A stretch of DNA of 52,380 nucleotides from Candidatus Micrarchaeota archaeon (GTDB taxonomy: Archaea > Micrarchaeota > Micrarchaeia > Micrarchaeales > CABMGC01). Below, one piece after another: positions 28,672-37,849 of the stretch (position 1 is its first letter; every line of letters starts with the position of its first letter). A model generated the notes under the pieces. That model was not told the origin of the DNA, made no database searches, and saw only the letters and a program-made list of their open reading frames with translations. A program made the position numbers and the translations under genes. Where the stretch lies: positions 1 to 52,380 of the forward strand of contig JAKAUU010000008.1 in the NCBI GenBank assembly GCA_021817505.1, given 5' to 3'.

Positions 28672-29106
28672 ATGGATATGCGCATAGAGGAAGTAACCTC
28701 GGAAAAAGAGAAAGAAGCCAAGGAATATGCTGCCAGGGAATGGAACGAGTGGGGCAAAAAGAATGGTTATGCCCATAATGTGAAGATGTACGCATTTGCC
28801 GCGTATGTAGATAACAAAATTATAGGGTATATGGCTCTAAGAATAGACGGCGGTGCTGCGTATCTTCAGCAATTGATAGTCTCTGATGCTGCGAAGAAAA
28901 ACGGCGTTGGCACAGCACTTCTTAAGAAATTTGAAAGTTTCGCAAGACAAAACAAATGCCATCTGGCATATCTGGAAACCCATGAAAAAAACGTAGCCGC
29001 ACTGTCATTGTATAAAAGCAACGGCTATACGATAGCCGCTACCCTGGAAAATAATAGATTCCATTTCACATGGTACATTCTATCAAAAGAACTGAAAGAC
29101 GAGTAA
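28672..29106 (+). CDS. GNAT-family N-acetyltransferase
   Basis: The acetyl-CoA binding motif QQLIVSDAAKKNGVGTALL fits Q/RxxGxG/A. Size is 144 aa. Confidence 0.75.
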   Translation: MDMRIEEVTSEKEKEAKEYAAREWNEWGKKNGYAHNVKMYAFAAYVDNKIIGYMALRIDGGAAYLQQLIVSDAAKKNGVGTALLKKFESFARQNKCHLAYLETHEKNVAALSLYKSNGYTIAATLENNRFHFTWYILSKELKDE

Positions 29107-29126
29107 CTTATCATATTGCTAGTGAA

Positions 29127-30077
29127 TCAGCTTGCGCCCCTTAGAAACTGTAGGATCTCGTTGCTTACCTGGTTTGGATGCGTGGCTTCGGGCTGGTGGG
29201 CTGCGTCTATCGGAACAAATCGCGCATTCCTGATCTTTTCGGCAGCTTGCCTCTGTTTTTCTATCGGGAATAAAGGGTCGTTTGTTCCATGTATGAAGAG
29301 CACAGGTATGCCTGTCCTGTTAATCTCCTTTATCTTCTTGAGGAAATTTGTCCTCAGGCCCCTTGTTGTCACCTCACCCTGCACAAACTCAAGGCATGAT
29401 ACTGTTAGATTATGGCGTGTCACATAATCGCGTACAACCTGTACTTTTTCCCGGTTCAGCTCCGCATCTTCACTGCCGTCAAGCAGGAAATTCAGGGTCT
29501 TTCCAAATAGCTTTTCGCTCTTTGCAAGATTCTTTATTATGAGCTGCTGCACTCCGGCGTTTATCCTTGTCAATGCATATGCCCCTAACGGGAAATGCTT
29601 TTCTACAAAGCCATAAGAGTCTATCAGTGAGAGGCTCTTGACTCTTTCAGTATGTTCCAGTGCATAGCTCATCGCTATCCCGCCGCCGAAAGATTCTGCC
29701 ACGATGTTAGCCTGTTCAATCTTCAGGTGGTCCATGAACCGTTCTATGAATCCGACATGGTATCCAAGGGTTGCCTTCTCGCTTGATTTTTCCGAACCCC
29801 CGTAGCCAGGCATGTCCGGAGCATATACATGATGCTCCGAAGCAAGTGCTGGTATCATCTTCGACCAGGAAAGAAAGCCCAGAGAGACACCGCCCCCGTG
29901 AATCATCAGCACCTTGGATTCGTTTGACTTTCCCCTTTCAGCATACCTTACCCTTAGGCTGTCTATCCTTTCCGTCCTTATGCTTGTCTTAAAATCCGGC
30001 TTTGCTTTGTTTTCTTCCTGAGGATCAGTGCGTTCAACCAAAACCTGTTTTGTCGTCTCCATGGTACAACCCTGCAA
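29127..30077 (-). CDS. Alpha/beta-fold hydrolase
   Basis: HGGG oxyanion region (VLMIHGGGVS), nucleophile elbow AESFGGG (GxSxG type) and a C-terminal His region (IDAAHQPE). The start could instead be the Met at 30062. Confidence 0.7.
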   Translation of the reverse strand: MQGCTMETTKQVLVERTDPQEENKAKPDFKTSIRTERIDSLRVRYAERGKSNESKVLMIHGGGVSLGFLSWSKMIPALASEHHVYAPDMPGYGGSEKSSEKATLGYHVGFIERFMDHLKIEQANIVAESFGGGIAMSYALEHTERVKSLSLIDSYGFVEKHFPLGAYALTRINAGVQQLIIKNLAKSEKLFGKTLNFLLDGSEDAELNREKVQVVRDYVTRHNLTVSCLEFVQGEVTTRGLRTNFLKKIKEINRTGIPVLFIHGTNDPLFPIEKQRQAAEKIRNARFVPIDAAHQPEATHPNQVSNEILQFLRGAS

Positions 30078-30191
30078 ATAAACATTTTTATTTCAGCGTT
30101 CTTCATATTTAAACGTTTCATGATTTATCCTGGAGATAGTAATAAAAACATAATCGTGGATGTGTTATCAGGTTATTTTAGATAATCTTTA

Positions 30192-31055
30192 GTGATAATT
30201 ATGCTCACAGTTTCGCAGGCAATTTCTTCCGTAATAATAGGGCTGGTGCAGGCGATATCGGAATGGCTGCCAATAAGCAGCAAGACACAGGTTCTGATTG
30301 CATCGCAATACCTTCTCAATCTAAGCTTCACCCAGGCATATACGTTCGGGCTCTTCATGGAGATAGGGACTGTCGTGGCAGCCATACTGTATTTCAGAAA
30401 AGAGGTCTGGACTCTGCTAAGGGTTCTCTTCATGAAGGACAAGAGCACGGAGGGCAGGAACCTGTTCAAGTACGTGCTTATAGCAACCATAGCCACAGGC
30501 ATAATAGGAACGCCGCTCTACATCTTATCCGATTCCCTGACAAGCGTGCCGCTCGGCATACCTATGATGATCATAGGGCTCGTGCTTATCGGAGACGCGG
30601 TTGTGATAAGGCATTCCAGGATAAAGCAGAGGGAGGGCACCAATACCAGGAAGTTCAAGGACCTTGGCCTTAAGGAGTATATTGTGATAGGATTCATGCA
30701 GGGGCTCGCAGCACTTCCTGGAGTCAGCAGGTCCGGCATCACAACAAGCACCCTGTTGCTCATGAAGGTGGAGCCTGACGAATCCTTCAGACTATCTTTC
30801 GTGATAGGCATATTCGCAGCGATAGCCGCCTTTTCCCTTACGATCATAAAGTCTAGGGCGAATGTCATGGCTGCACTTTCCCAGATAGGCATTACAGGCA
30901 TGCTCGTTGCAATAGTAGTGGCAGCAATCGTCAGCTTGTTCCTCATAGATTTCCTTATAAAGATAGCGGGAAAATCAAAGATAGTCTATCTTACAGCTGC
31001 ACTTGGGATAATAGCGATCTCCGGAGGAATAATTTATATGGTCTTCGGGATTTGA
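30192..31055 (+). CDS. uppP: Undecaprenyl/dolichyl-diphosphate phosphatase (UppP/BacA family)
   Basis: SEWLPISSKTQ and PGVSRSGITT motifs in a polytopic protein. The start is GTG at 30192 or ATG at 30201. Confidence 0.85.
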   Translation: MIIMLTVSQAISSVIIGLVQAISEWLPISSKTQVLIASQYLLNLSFTQAYTFGLFMEIGTVVAAILYFRKEVWTLLRVLFMKDKSTEGRNLFKYVLIATIATGIIGTPLYILSDSLTSVPLGIPMMIIGLVLIGDAVVIRHSRIKQREGTNTRKFKDLGLKEYIVIGFMQGLAALPGVSRSGITTSTLLLMKVEPDESFRLSFVIGIFAAIAAFSLTIIKSRANVMAALSQIGITGMLVAIVVAAIVSLFLIDFLIKIAGKSKIVYLTAALGIIAISGGIIYMVFGI

Positions 31056-31102
31056 CCATGTTGCACGTGGTAAGGGATTGCCGATAAGCATTTATAATAT
31101 TA

Positions 31103-31124
31103 AAGCGGCAACTTATTGCCGCTT
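31103..31124. promoter_or_regulatory. Perfect 9-bp stem / 4-nt loop palindrome between uppP and rfcS
   Basis: aagcggcaa-ctta-ttgccgctt sits just after the TATA-like tttataatatt (31091..31101) and about 33 nt before the rfcS start. It could be an operator, a 5'-UTR hairpin or the uppP terminator. Confidence 0.3.
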
Positions 31125-31156
31125 ATCACTGTAATACATACTTTCGAGGGAATATC

Positions 31157-32125
31157 TTGACGGAAATACTTGACAATGCGTGGACGGAGAAGTACAGGCC
31201 TTCTAAACTAGAGGAAGTGATAGGCCAGAAGGCGATAGTTGAGAGGCTCTCTGCATTTGTAAAGGCGAAGAGCTTCCCTAATATGATATTTGCAGGAAGC
31301 CCGGGCATAGGGAAGACCACATCTGCGATAGCGATGGCGAAGGAGCTTTATGGAGAGAACATAAACCAGGCATTCCTTGAACTTAATGCAAGCGATACCA
31401 GAGGGATAGAGGTGGTAAGGGGAAGGGTGAAGGAGTTTGCCAAGACGCTCCCGCTCTCTACGGGACTTGTCAAGATAATCTTCCTCGATGAGGCAGATTC
31501 GCTTACTCCTGAAGCGCAGCATGCTCTTAGAAGGACTATGGAGAAGCACTCTGCGACTACCAGATTCGTACTAGGGGCAAATTATGCAAGCAAGATAATA
31601 GAGCCGATACAGAGCAGATGCGTGGTTCTGCGCTTCAAGCCCTTGAAGGAGGAGGAGATGCTAAGTTACATAGAGCGCATAAAGGAAAGAGAGGGTATAG
31701 AAATTGCAGAGGATGCGGAAAAGGCGCTAATATACGTCAGTGAAGGGGACCTGCGGAAGCTAACCAATGTTCTTCAGAGCGCTGCCATATCTACTAAAAA
31801 AATAACTGAGAAGACAGTTTATGATATTGCATCGAGGGCAAGGCCCAAGGAGATAGTCTCGATGCTCGACTTCGCATTCCGCGGAGACTTCGTGAAGGCG
31901 AGGAACGAGCTTGACAAGCTTCTCCTTGTATACGGGATGAGCGGCGAAGACGTCCTTATACAGTGCTACAGAGAGGCACTGAATCTTGATCTTGATGACA
32001 CTGCAAAGCTCAGGCTGATAAGCGCAATAGGAGAGTATAACTTCAGGATCGTCGAAGGGGCGAATGACAGGATACAGATAGAGGCTATGCTTGCCTCTCT
32101 TGCACTGTCTGGGAAGCAGCAGTAG
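31157..32125 (+). CDS. rfcS: Replication factor C small subunit
   Basis: WTEKYRPSKLEEVIGQ, Walker A GSPGIGKTT, Walker B DEADSLT and the SRC motif (QSRC). The apparent start is TTG, because no upstream in-frame ATG precedes the conserved N-terminus. Confidence 0.9.
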   Translation: MTEILDNAWTEKYRPSKLEEVIGQKAIVERLSAFVKAKSFPNMIFAGSPGIGKTTSAIAMAKELYGENINQAFLELNASDTRGIEVVRGRVKEFAKTLPLSTGLVKIIFLDEADSLTPEAQHALRRTMEKHSATTRFVLGANYASKIIEPIQSRCVVLRFKPLKEEEMLSYIERIKEREGIEIAEDAEKALIYVSEGDLRKLTNVLQSAAISTKKITEKTVYDIASRARPKEIVSMLDFAFRGDFVKARNELDKLLLVYGMSGEDVLIQCYREALNLDLDDTAKLRLISAIGEYNFRIVEGANDRIQIEAMLASLALSGKQQ

Positions 32126-32136
32126 CAGATAGCAGC

Positions 32137-32412
32137 CTAGACCCTGTTCAGGTTATCTAATTCCCTGTTTAGCAGATAATCCTCGTCCATCAGCATTCTT
32201 TCATGTATTGTTGCTGGCCTGCGCCCTGTATCTTGCTTCTTTATAGGATTTGAAATCGTATCAGGATCAAGAGCCCTGATCACAGCGTCACGAAGAACCT
32301 CCGATATCTCATGCGTGGGCCCTTTGGTGTTGTCTCTTACAATCCTTAATTTAGTGACCATGTGTGTCCAATATCCATATAAATTGGCCATGTATTTAAA
32401 CATAGCAGGCAT
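32137..32412 (-). CDS. Hypothetical protein (91 aa or shorter)
   Basis: ORF only. It is co-directional with and 30 nt downstream of the phosphohexomutase gene. I recognise no motif. Confidence 0.35.
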   Translation of the reverse strand: MPAMFKYMANLYGYWTHMVTKLRIVRDNTKGPTHEISEVLRDAVIRALDPDTISNPIKKQDTGRRPATIHERMLMDEDYLLNRELDNLNRV

Positions 32413-32441
32413 ACTACGACAGATGCTTATTCAACTTTACG

Positions 32442-33806
32442 CTATTTGCTGATTGAATCTTTTGCCAGTCCGTATTCCTTTAGGGCAATCCTGTTTATCT
32501 CGGCAAGATCCTCCCTGTTATCCGATTCTGCCTTTATCTTTATCTTTGGAGTAGTATTTGAAGCCCTTGCGATGAACCACCCTTTGTCCGTTATGAATTT
32601 GACCCCGTCAAGCAGGACTATTCTAGACTTCTTGTATTTCTTCAGGTTCTTTGCCATCTTTGATATTATCCTGAACTTCTCGCTTTCTTTTACATCGAAT
32701 TCGCTTGAAACAACTTCGTATTTTGGAAGCTCGTTTATCAGCTCAGACATGCTCCTTCCTCTTTCAGAGAGTATCTGGGCCAGTTTTATCACTGCGAAGA
32801 GTGCATCGTCGAAGCAGTATATGTCGCTGAAGTAGAAATGCGTTGAGTACTCCCCTCCCAGTTTTGCCTTGTTCTTAAGCATCTTGTCTATGATAAATGC
32901 CCGGCCCGTCTTTGTCCTTATCCCTTTGGCTCTCTTCTGATTTATAACATCTTCAACAGCTTTTGAAGAGCTGATCTCATAGACTACCATCTCTCCTTTT
33001 TTCACAGTATTGTTAATCATCATGGCAAGAATAGTGTCTCCGAAGAAGGCCTCTCCTTTGTCATCTACGAACATTGCCCTGTCGCCATCGCCATCAAACG
33101 CAACCCCGAAGTCAAGGTTGTTTTTCTTTACAAGTTCCCTTAACGCAGTGATATTCTCAGGCTTAGGCTCTGGAGATCTTGAGGGGAAGGCGCCATCAGG
33201 CTTGTCATTTATTGATACCGGGAACATCCCTGCCTTTTTTAGTATTCTTGAGGCTATTTTTGAATCTGCGCCGTTGCCAGGGTCAACGCCAACCTTGAAG
33301 ACCTTGTTTACCTTTGTCCTTTTGAACAGGTAATTCTCATAGTCGCGCATCAGCTTGCGGCTCACATCATGGGAATTGCCTCCTTCCCTAAGACTGAACT
33401 TCTTGGAAAGGTATATGCCCTTTATTTTTTTAAGCCCGAAGTCCTCCCCGTATGTTTTTCCTTTGGGCCCGCAGAGCTTCAGCCCGTTCCACATTGGCGG
33501 GTTATGGCTTGCGCTTACGGCTGCGCCTCCGTCAAGATTGTAATGGGCTATTGCAAAATAGAGCATCGGGGTGGGGACCTTCCCTATATAGAGCACCTTT
33601 GTTCCTGTGCTCTTCAGCCCTTTGAGGAAGCTCTCCTTAAGCATAGGGCTGCTCTTACGTATGTCCATGCTTAATGCTATCGTTTTATTCTTTCCTAGGA
33701 ACGTGCCGAAGGCCATCCCTATCTCTTCGGCTATCTTCTCGTCCAGGGTATCAGGATATATTCCCCGTATATCGTTTGCCCTGAAGATATCCTCTCGCTC
33801 AGGCAC
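32442..33806 (-). CDS. Phosphoglucomutase/phosphomannomutase/phosphoglucosamine mutase family protein
   Basis: Active-site loop SASHNPPMWNGLK and metal-binding loop FDGDGDRA. Confidence 0.85.
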   Translation of the reverse strand: MPEREDIFRANDIRGIYPDTLDEKIAEEIGMAFGTFLGKNKTIALSMDIRKSSPMLKESFLKGLKSTGTKVLYIGKVPTPMLYFAIAHYNLDGGAAVSASHNPPMWNGLKLCGPKGKTYGEDFGLKKIKGIYLSKKFSLREGGNSHDVSRKLMRDYENYLFKRTKVNKVFKVGVDPGNGADSKIASRILKKAGMFPVSINDKPDGAFPSRSPEPKPENITALRELVKKNNLDFGVAFDGDGDRAMFVDDKGEAFFGDTILAMMINNTVKKGEMVVYEISSSKAVEDVINQKRAKGIRTKTGRAFIIDKMLKNKAKLGGEYSTHFYFSDIYCFDDALFAVIKLAQILSERGRSMSELINELPKYEVVSSEFDVKESEKFRIISKMAKNLKKYKKSRIVLLDGVKFITDKGWFIARASNTTPKIKIKAESDNREDLAEINRIALKEYGLAKDSISK

Positions 33807-33839
33807 ATCCTCACCAATGGATATGCAGTCTGAAGGTAT

Positions 33840-34361
33840 TTATACTCTCCTTCCTCTTCTGCCTCCCGGCCTCTTTGTAGTATCAGTAGGTATAGGAGTT
33901 ACATCTTCTATGCTTCCGATCTTGAAGCCGCTCCTTGCAAGTGCCCTGACGACAGCCTGCGCACCAGGGCCGGGTATTTTCGAGTTGTGCCCTCCTGGTG
34001 CCCTAATCTTGATGTTTATGTGCGTAACGCCCTTTTCTATGGCGGCTGCTGCAACTTTGTATGTGGCATGCATAGCTGCATATGGCGAACCCTCTTCATG
34101 GTCAGCATCTACCACCATGCCTCCGCTTCCGACAGCTATGGTCTCGGACCCTGAGAGGTCAGTAAGCGTGATTATCGTATTGTTCTTTGAAGAGAAGATG
34201 TGAGCTACGCCCCATCTCACCGCCTTTGGCTTGAATTTCTCCTGTGCTTCCTGGACTGCAACCTCGAATGACGGCAGCTCCTTCTTGCTCGCCTTCTGCT
34301 GTTGCTGTTGCTGCTTGGTCTGCTTTGAGTCTACCTTCTTTTTCTTTCCTGCCATAATCAA
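33840..34361 (-). CDS. rps11: 30S ribosomal protein uS11 with an N-terminal Lys/Gln-rich extension
   Basis: The core [28 protein letters not shown]...[31 protein letters not shown] is uS11. The N-terminal extension contains [23 protein letters not shown]. Confidence 0.9.
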   Translation of the reverse strand: MIMAGKKKKVDSKQTKQQQQQQKASKKELPSFEVAVQEAQEKFKPKAVRWGVAHIFSSKNNTIITLTDLSGSETIAVGSGGMVVDADHEEGSPYAAMHATYKVAAAAIEKGVTHINIKIRAPGGHNSKIPGPGAQAVVRALARSGFKIGSIEDVTPIPTDTTKRPGGRRGRRV

Positions 34362-34927
34362 GCACCCTCTTTGTTCTCCCTGGTTTCAGGAGCAGTTTTT
34401 ACAGTTTCCGCCGCCTTTGGAGCAGGCACTGCCTTATCGTCCTTGTTGAAGTCAAGATCTATAGGCTTGTAGTAATTTATATGAGGTTCTTCTGAAGCGG
34501 TCACCATGTAGCCCGGAGACTTCACCTGCCTGCCGTTTATCGATATGAAGCCATGGGATATTAGCTGCCTTGACTGCTTCGCCGTTCTGCCAAGACCTTT
34601 CTTGAATACGATTGACTGTAGTCTTCTCTCGAGTATCGCTTCCTGCGTCACTCCGAGAAGATCGTCAAGAGTTGCACCGTGCTTGACTAGATTATATCTT
34701 ATTAACCTTTCTGTTATCTCCTTACCTTCCTTCTCCGTGGACGCTCCTGAAAGTACCTTTCTGACATTCCTTCTTATCCTGCTGACCTCTGTCCCAGCGG
34801 TCCATAGCTCCCTCAGGTTCTTGAGACCGTACTTCTCCTTGAGCGCATGCTCAGACTCTATCCTCTCCTTTGACCACATGGCCTTTGTTTTGTCAAACTT
34901 TCTCCTTATGCGCTTCGGGTCTCCCAT
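34358..34927 (-). CDS. rps4: 30S ribosomal protein uS4
   Basis: [18 protein letters not shown]..., an S4 RNA-binding domain ([37 protein letters not shown]), and a 4-nt overlap with rps11. Confidence 0.9.
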   Translation of the reverse strand: MGDPKRIRRKFDKTKAMWSKERIESEHALKEKYGLKNLRELWTAGTEVSRIRRNVRKVLSGASTEKEGKEITERLIRYNLVKHGATLDDLLGVTQEAILERRLQSIVFKKGLGRTAKQSRQLISHGFISINGRQVKSPGYMVTASEEPHINYYKPIDLDFNKDDKAVPAPKAAETVKTAPETRENKEGA

Positions 34928-34931
34928 CTAT

Positions 34932-35468
34932 TCACTTCTTTGCCTCTGCAGCCTTTGCAGCCACCTGCTTTGCTGCTTTCTTCATGACTCCTATTGTTGC
35001 TCCGGTTCTTCCGGTCGATCTTGTCTTCTGGCCGCGTACCTTCTGGCCTGTCTTATGCCTTATTCCGCGCCAGGACATCAGCTTTATGTCCGAATCTATA
35101 TCCTGCTTTACCTTAACTATTAGATCTGTACCTACAAGATGCATGTTCTTTCCTGACTGCATCTCCATGCGCCTGTTGAACAGGTATGAAGGTATCTTTG
35201 AATCAGTAGCATCCTTTACTGCATGCTCGATCTTCGACATATTCGCTTCGTCAAGATGGCCGATCTGCTGATTGTAGTCTATGCCCAGGGCATCCCTTAT
35301 ATGTATCGACAATGCATGTGCCATCGTATGGCCTATGCCTTTTATCTCCCCTATGGCCTCGTATATACGCTTGTCTCCATTGATGTCCCTTCCTGCGAGT
35401 CGGACTATCATTCCCTGTACTTTGGGCTTGGCCTCTTCGCTTGTTTTTTTCTTTTCCTCTTTTGCCAT
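34932..35468 (-). CDS. rps13: 30S ribosomal protein uS13
   Basis: IKGIGHTMAHAL...RGIRHKTGQKVRGQKTRSTGRTG is the uS13 signature. It is the first gene of the S13-S4-S11 cluster. Confidence 0.9.
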   Translation of the reverse strand: MAKEEKKKTSEEAKPKVQGMIVRLAGRDINGDKRIYEAIGEIKGIGHTMAHALSIHIRDALGIDYNQQIGHLDEANMSKIEHAVKDATDSKIPSYLFNRRMEMQSGKNMHLVGTDLIVKVKQDIDSDIKLMSWRGIRHKTGQKVRGQKTRSTGRTGATIGVMKKAAKQVAAKAAEAKK

Positions 35469-35614
35469 CTAATGACCATAGTAAGAATGCATCAATTAAA
35501 CGTTGTTAAATTGCAGTTAAGATAGCTGCCGTTAACTGACTGCAGTGCATATATTACAATAGAATGATTTAAAAGCCTTTATTTCACAGGCTGGTAGCTT
35601 CTGGAGAGAGACTC

Positions 35615-36277
35615 TCAGAATAGATCTGATAACTGGCCGAAATTGTATATTAGCACGTCGGCATGTTTCGAGATGCTGGATGCCTGTCTGTCGTATATGA
35701 ACTGTACCGCTGCCCTGAATCCTCCTTTTTTTGCAGCTTCCATATCCCTTGCAGTATCCCCTATTATGAGAGTGTCCTTCGGATCCACGTCAAGCCTTCT
35801 TGCAGCCTCTATGAATACCGCCGGGTCTGGCTTGCGCCTGTTTCCAACATCCTCCGCAGAGACAACACTGCTAAAGAACCGTGATAATTTTGTATGCCTT
35901 AGCACATTGCCTATCCCATCTCTGGAATTGTCGCTGCCCAAGCCCATCTTCACCTTCCTGTTCCTCAGGTTAATCAGAACATCTTCTACTTCTGGGAAGA
36001 TCAGTGTCTCTCCTAAATCGGCTATCTTTGCAGTAATCGAGTCGTTGGTTTCCTTCCGCATCATCTTTTCAAGAGAGAGGCTTGCATCAGGGTCAAAACA
36101 TGAGGTAATCATAGTGTAGGTACTTGTCCCTATGAATGGTTCTATCTTCTCTACAGGAACGTCCTTGCCATGGAGACCGAAGGTCTCCTTCCACGTAACC
36201 GAATGCAGGCCCATGGTGTTTACCAGAGTGCCGTCCATGTCGAATATTATAGACTGCGCATTTGCTTTGACTCTCAT
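35615..36277 (-). CDS. HAD-superfamily hydrolase (beta-phosphoglucomutase-like subfamily)
   Basis: IIFDMDGTLVNT (motif I), GSDNS and IIGDTARDMEAA (motif IV). Confidence 0.7.
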   Translation of the reverse strand: MRVKANAQSIIFDMDGTLVNTMGLHSVTWKETFGLHGKDVPVEKIEPFIGTSTYTMITSCFDPDASLSLEKMMRKETNDSITAKIADLGETLIFPEVEDVLINLRNRKVKMGLGSDNSRDGIGNVLRHTKLSRFFSSVVSAEDVGNRRKPDPAVFIEAARRLDVDPKDTLIIGDTARDMEAAKKGGFRAAVQFIYDRQASSISKHADVLIYNFGQLSDLF

Positions 36278-36424
36278 AAAATATCCATTATTTGCCTTAG
36301 AACAGGCGCAACCTTAGATGCATACGATTGTACATTTTCAAGATATATAAATATTTTTGTATGCCAACAGACACAGGCGTTATGTTACTATATAAAAACT
36401 TGGTGCGATTACCTAAAAGGTAGC

Positions 36425-37039
36425 ATGGCAGAAGAAAGATCAATCGAACATTATTTTTCCAAAGAGCCTAAATCCAGGCACAGGATAAACAGGATAGAAT
36501 GCATACTGCGAGGAAACAGCTACGGCTTTTTTACCGATTCGTCGGTCTTCTCCAAGGATAGGATCGACCTTGGTACAAAGATCCTGATAAAACATATGCA
36601 GATAAAGCCTGCTGATATTGTTCTTGACCTTGGATGCGGATATGGCGCGATAGGCATAGTCGCAGCAAGCCTTGCACCGAATGGCAGATGCTACATGACT
36701 GATATAAACGAAAGAGCCGTTGAACTCTCGAAGAGGAATCTGAAGTTAAACAAAATAAAAAATGCCGAGGCTTTTCAAGGCGATGGATTCGAACCTGTAG
36801 ACTCCATAATGTTCGACGTAATACTTACGAATCCACCCATTCGCGCAGGCAGGAATATAGTCCTCTCTTTCATAAAAGGGGCAAATTCCCATTTGAAAAA
36901 GAATGGATTGCTTTATCTTGTAGTGCAGACGAAGCAGGGTGCAAAGACGATAAAGGAGTTGATCGAAGAGGTATTCGGAAATGCGGAATACGCTTCTTTA
37001 AAAGGCGGATTCAGACTGATAGTGGCGAAGAAGCTGTGA
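36425..37039 (+). CDS. Class I SAM-dependent methyltransferase, small-domain (RsmC/MJ0882-like) family
   Basis: VLDLGCGYGAIG (motif I) and TNPPIRAG (NPPxxxG motif IV). I chose the Met at 36425 (MAEERSIEHYF...). The 85 codons upstream in the ORF track overlap the divergent HAD gene and look non-coding. Confidence 0.7.
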   Translation: MAEERSIEHYFSKEPKSRHRINRIECILRGNSYGFFTDSSVFSKDRIDLGTKILIKHMQIKPADIVLDLGCGYGAIGIVAASLAPNGRCYMTDINERAVELSKRNLKLNKIKNAEAFQGDGFEPVDSIMFDVILTNPPIRAGRNIVLSFIKGANSHLKKNGLLYLVVQTKQGAKTIKELIEEVFGNAEYASLKGGFRLIVAKKL

Positions 37040-37058
37040 ATTGATCTTGTTTAATATT

Positions 37059-37186
37059 CGCCAGGGTTGGGATTTTCAGGAATTTAGGTATTCCTAAGAT
37101 TCATTTGAACCCAAAAGGCCTTGCGGCCACGCGCTGACAGGATAATTTTTCCAGGCGCGCGCGTTACCGGATTCTGCCACCCTGGC
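37059..37186 (-). tRNA. tRNA-Ser (anticodon GGA), class II, apparently interrupted by two introns (about 13 nt at 37/38 and about 31 nt in the T-loop)
   Basis: Hand fold of the - strand. Acceptor is GCCAGGG/CCCTGGC plus discriminator G. The anticodon stem CGCGC/GCGCG encloses CTGGAA[13 nt]A. The variable-arm hairpin is GGCC-GCAA-GGCC. The T stem TTGGG/CCCAA encloses TTCAAAT plus about 31 extra nt, which contain the 8-bp hairpin TTAGGAAT-ACCTAA-ATTCCTGA. The spliced length is about 84 nt. Confidence 0.7.
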
Positions 37187-37210
37187 ACGCTATACCATCA
37201 GTTTGCTATC

Positions 37211-37218
37211 CTTATAAT
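37211..37218 (-). promoter_or_regulatory. Candidate TATA box for tRNA-Ser
   Basis: The - strand reads ATTATAAG, 25-32 nt upstream of the tRNA 5' end. Confidence 0.4.
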
Positions 37219-37307
37219 CCTTTTCCTGCACTATGCCGGCATTTGGCTTTTCCAGTAAGAGATAATCTTATATATCTCCAAACTTATATCCATGCGGAAG
37301 TGATAAG

Positions 37308-37826
37308 ATGGTAAACAGGATCAGTAACAATATTGGCAATTTGCAAGAAGACAAGGCAACCGTCTTTAAGAACGTTAAGAAGGAATACGTCAATCTTGAT
37401 GGCAGGGTATTGCTCATTAGGAATGATCAGACGAAATATGTGGAACCGCAGTTATTGAGGAAGATCCTAATTAACCTCAATGATTCTGTTACTGATGTCA
37501 TAGCTTATGACAGGTATTTCAGAAGGTACGGCAACCTTGACAAGAGTTTGGGGGGATTCGTAGAGAGCAATGCGATTGTTGAGGAAGGCGTGAAGATAGA
37601 CAAAAGATCTGTCGTATTCTGGGGAGCTCGTATTGGAAGCGGCTCTGTAATCAAAAATTCGCTTGTCGGAGGAGAAGGTACGGAAATAAAGAAGTCTATT
37701 GTGATAAATTCTCAGGTAATATCCTCAAAGGTAAACGGGCAGGAGGTAAAAAATGAGATAATAGACCATATTAATGAGCAACACATAAGGGAGTTGCTTA
37801 AGGAGCATAGGCGCCTGCCAGGATAA
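37308..37826 (+). CDS. Hypothetical protein with a C-terminal hexapeptide-repeat (left-handed beta-helix-like) segment
   Basis: NAIVEEGVKIDKRSVVFWGARIGSGSVIKNSLVGGEGTEIKKSIVINSQVISSKV shows the [LIV]-G-x4 periodicity typical of LbH proteins. I do not recognise the first 90 aa. Confidence 0.5.
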   Translation: MVNRISNNIGNLQEDKATVFKNVKKEYVNLDGRVLLIRNDQTKYVEPQLLRKILINLNDSVTDVIAYDRYFRRYGNLDKSLGGFVESNAIVEEGVKIDKRSVVFWGARIGSGSVIKNSLVGGEGTEIKKSIVINSQVISSKVNGQEVKNEIIDHINEQHIRELLKEHRRLPG

Positions 37827-37849
37827 TACTTTTGCAATTGTGATCGGTT

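Noticed and set aside
28526-28795. 89-aa - strand ORF
   Set aside because: It overlaps the well-folded tRNA-Leu (28562..28647) and the start of the GNAT gene, so it is spurious.
36170-36424. 85-codon N-terminal extension of the methyltransferase ORF
   Set aside because: It overlaps the 5' end of the divergent HAD gene (35615..36277) and is Cys-rich and unprotein-like. The conserved methyltransferase sequence begins at the Met at 36425.
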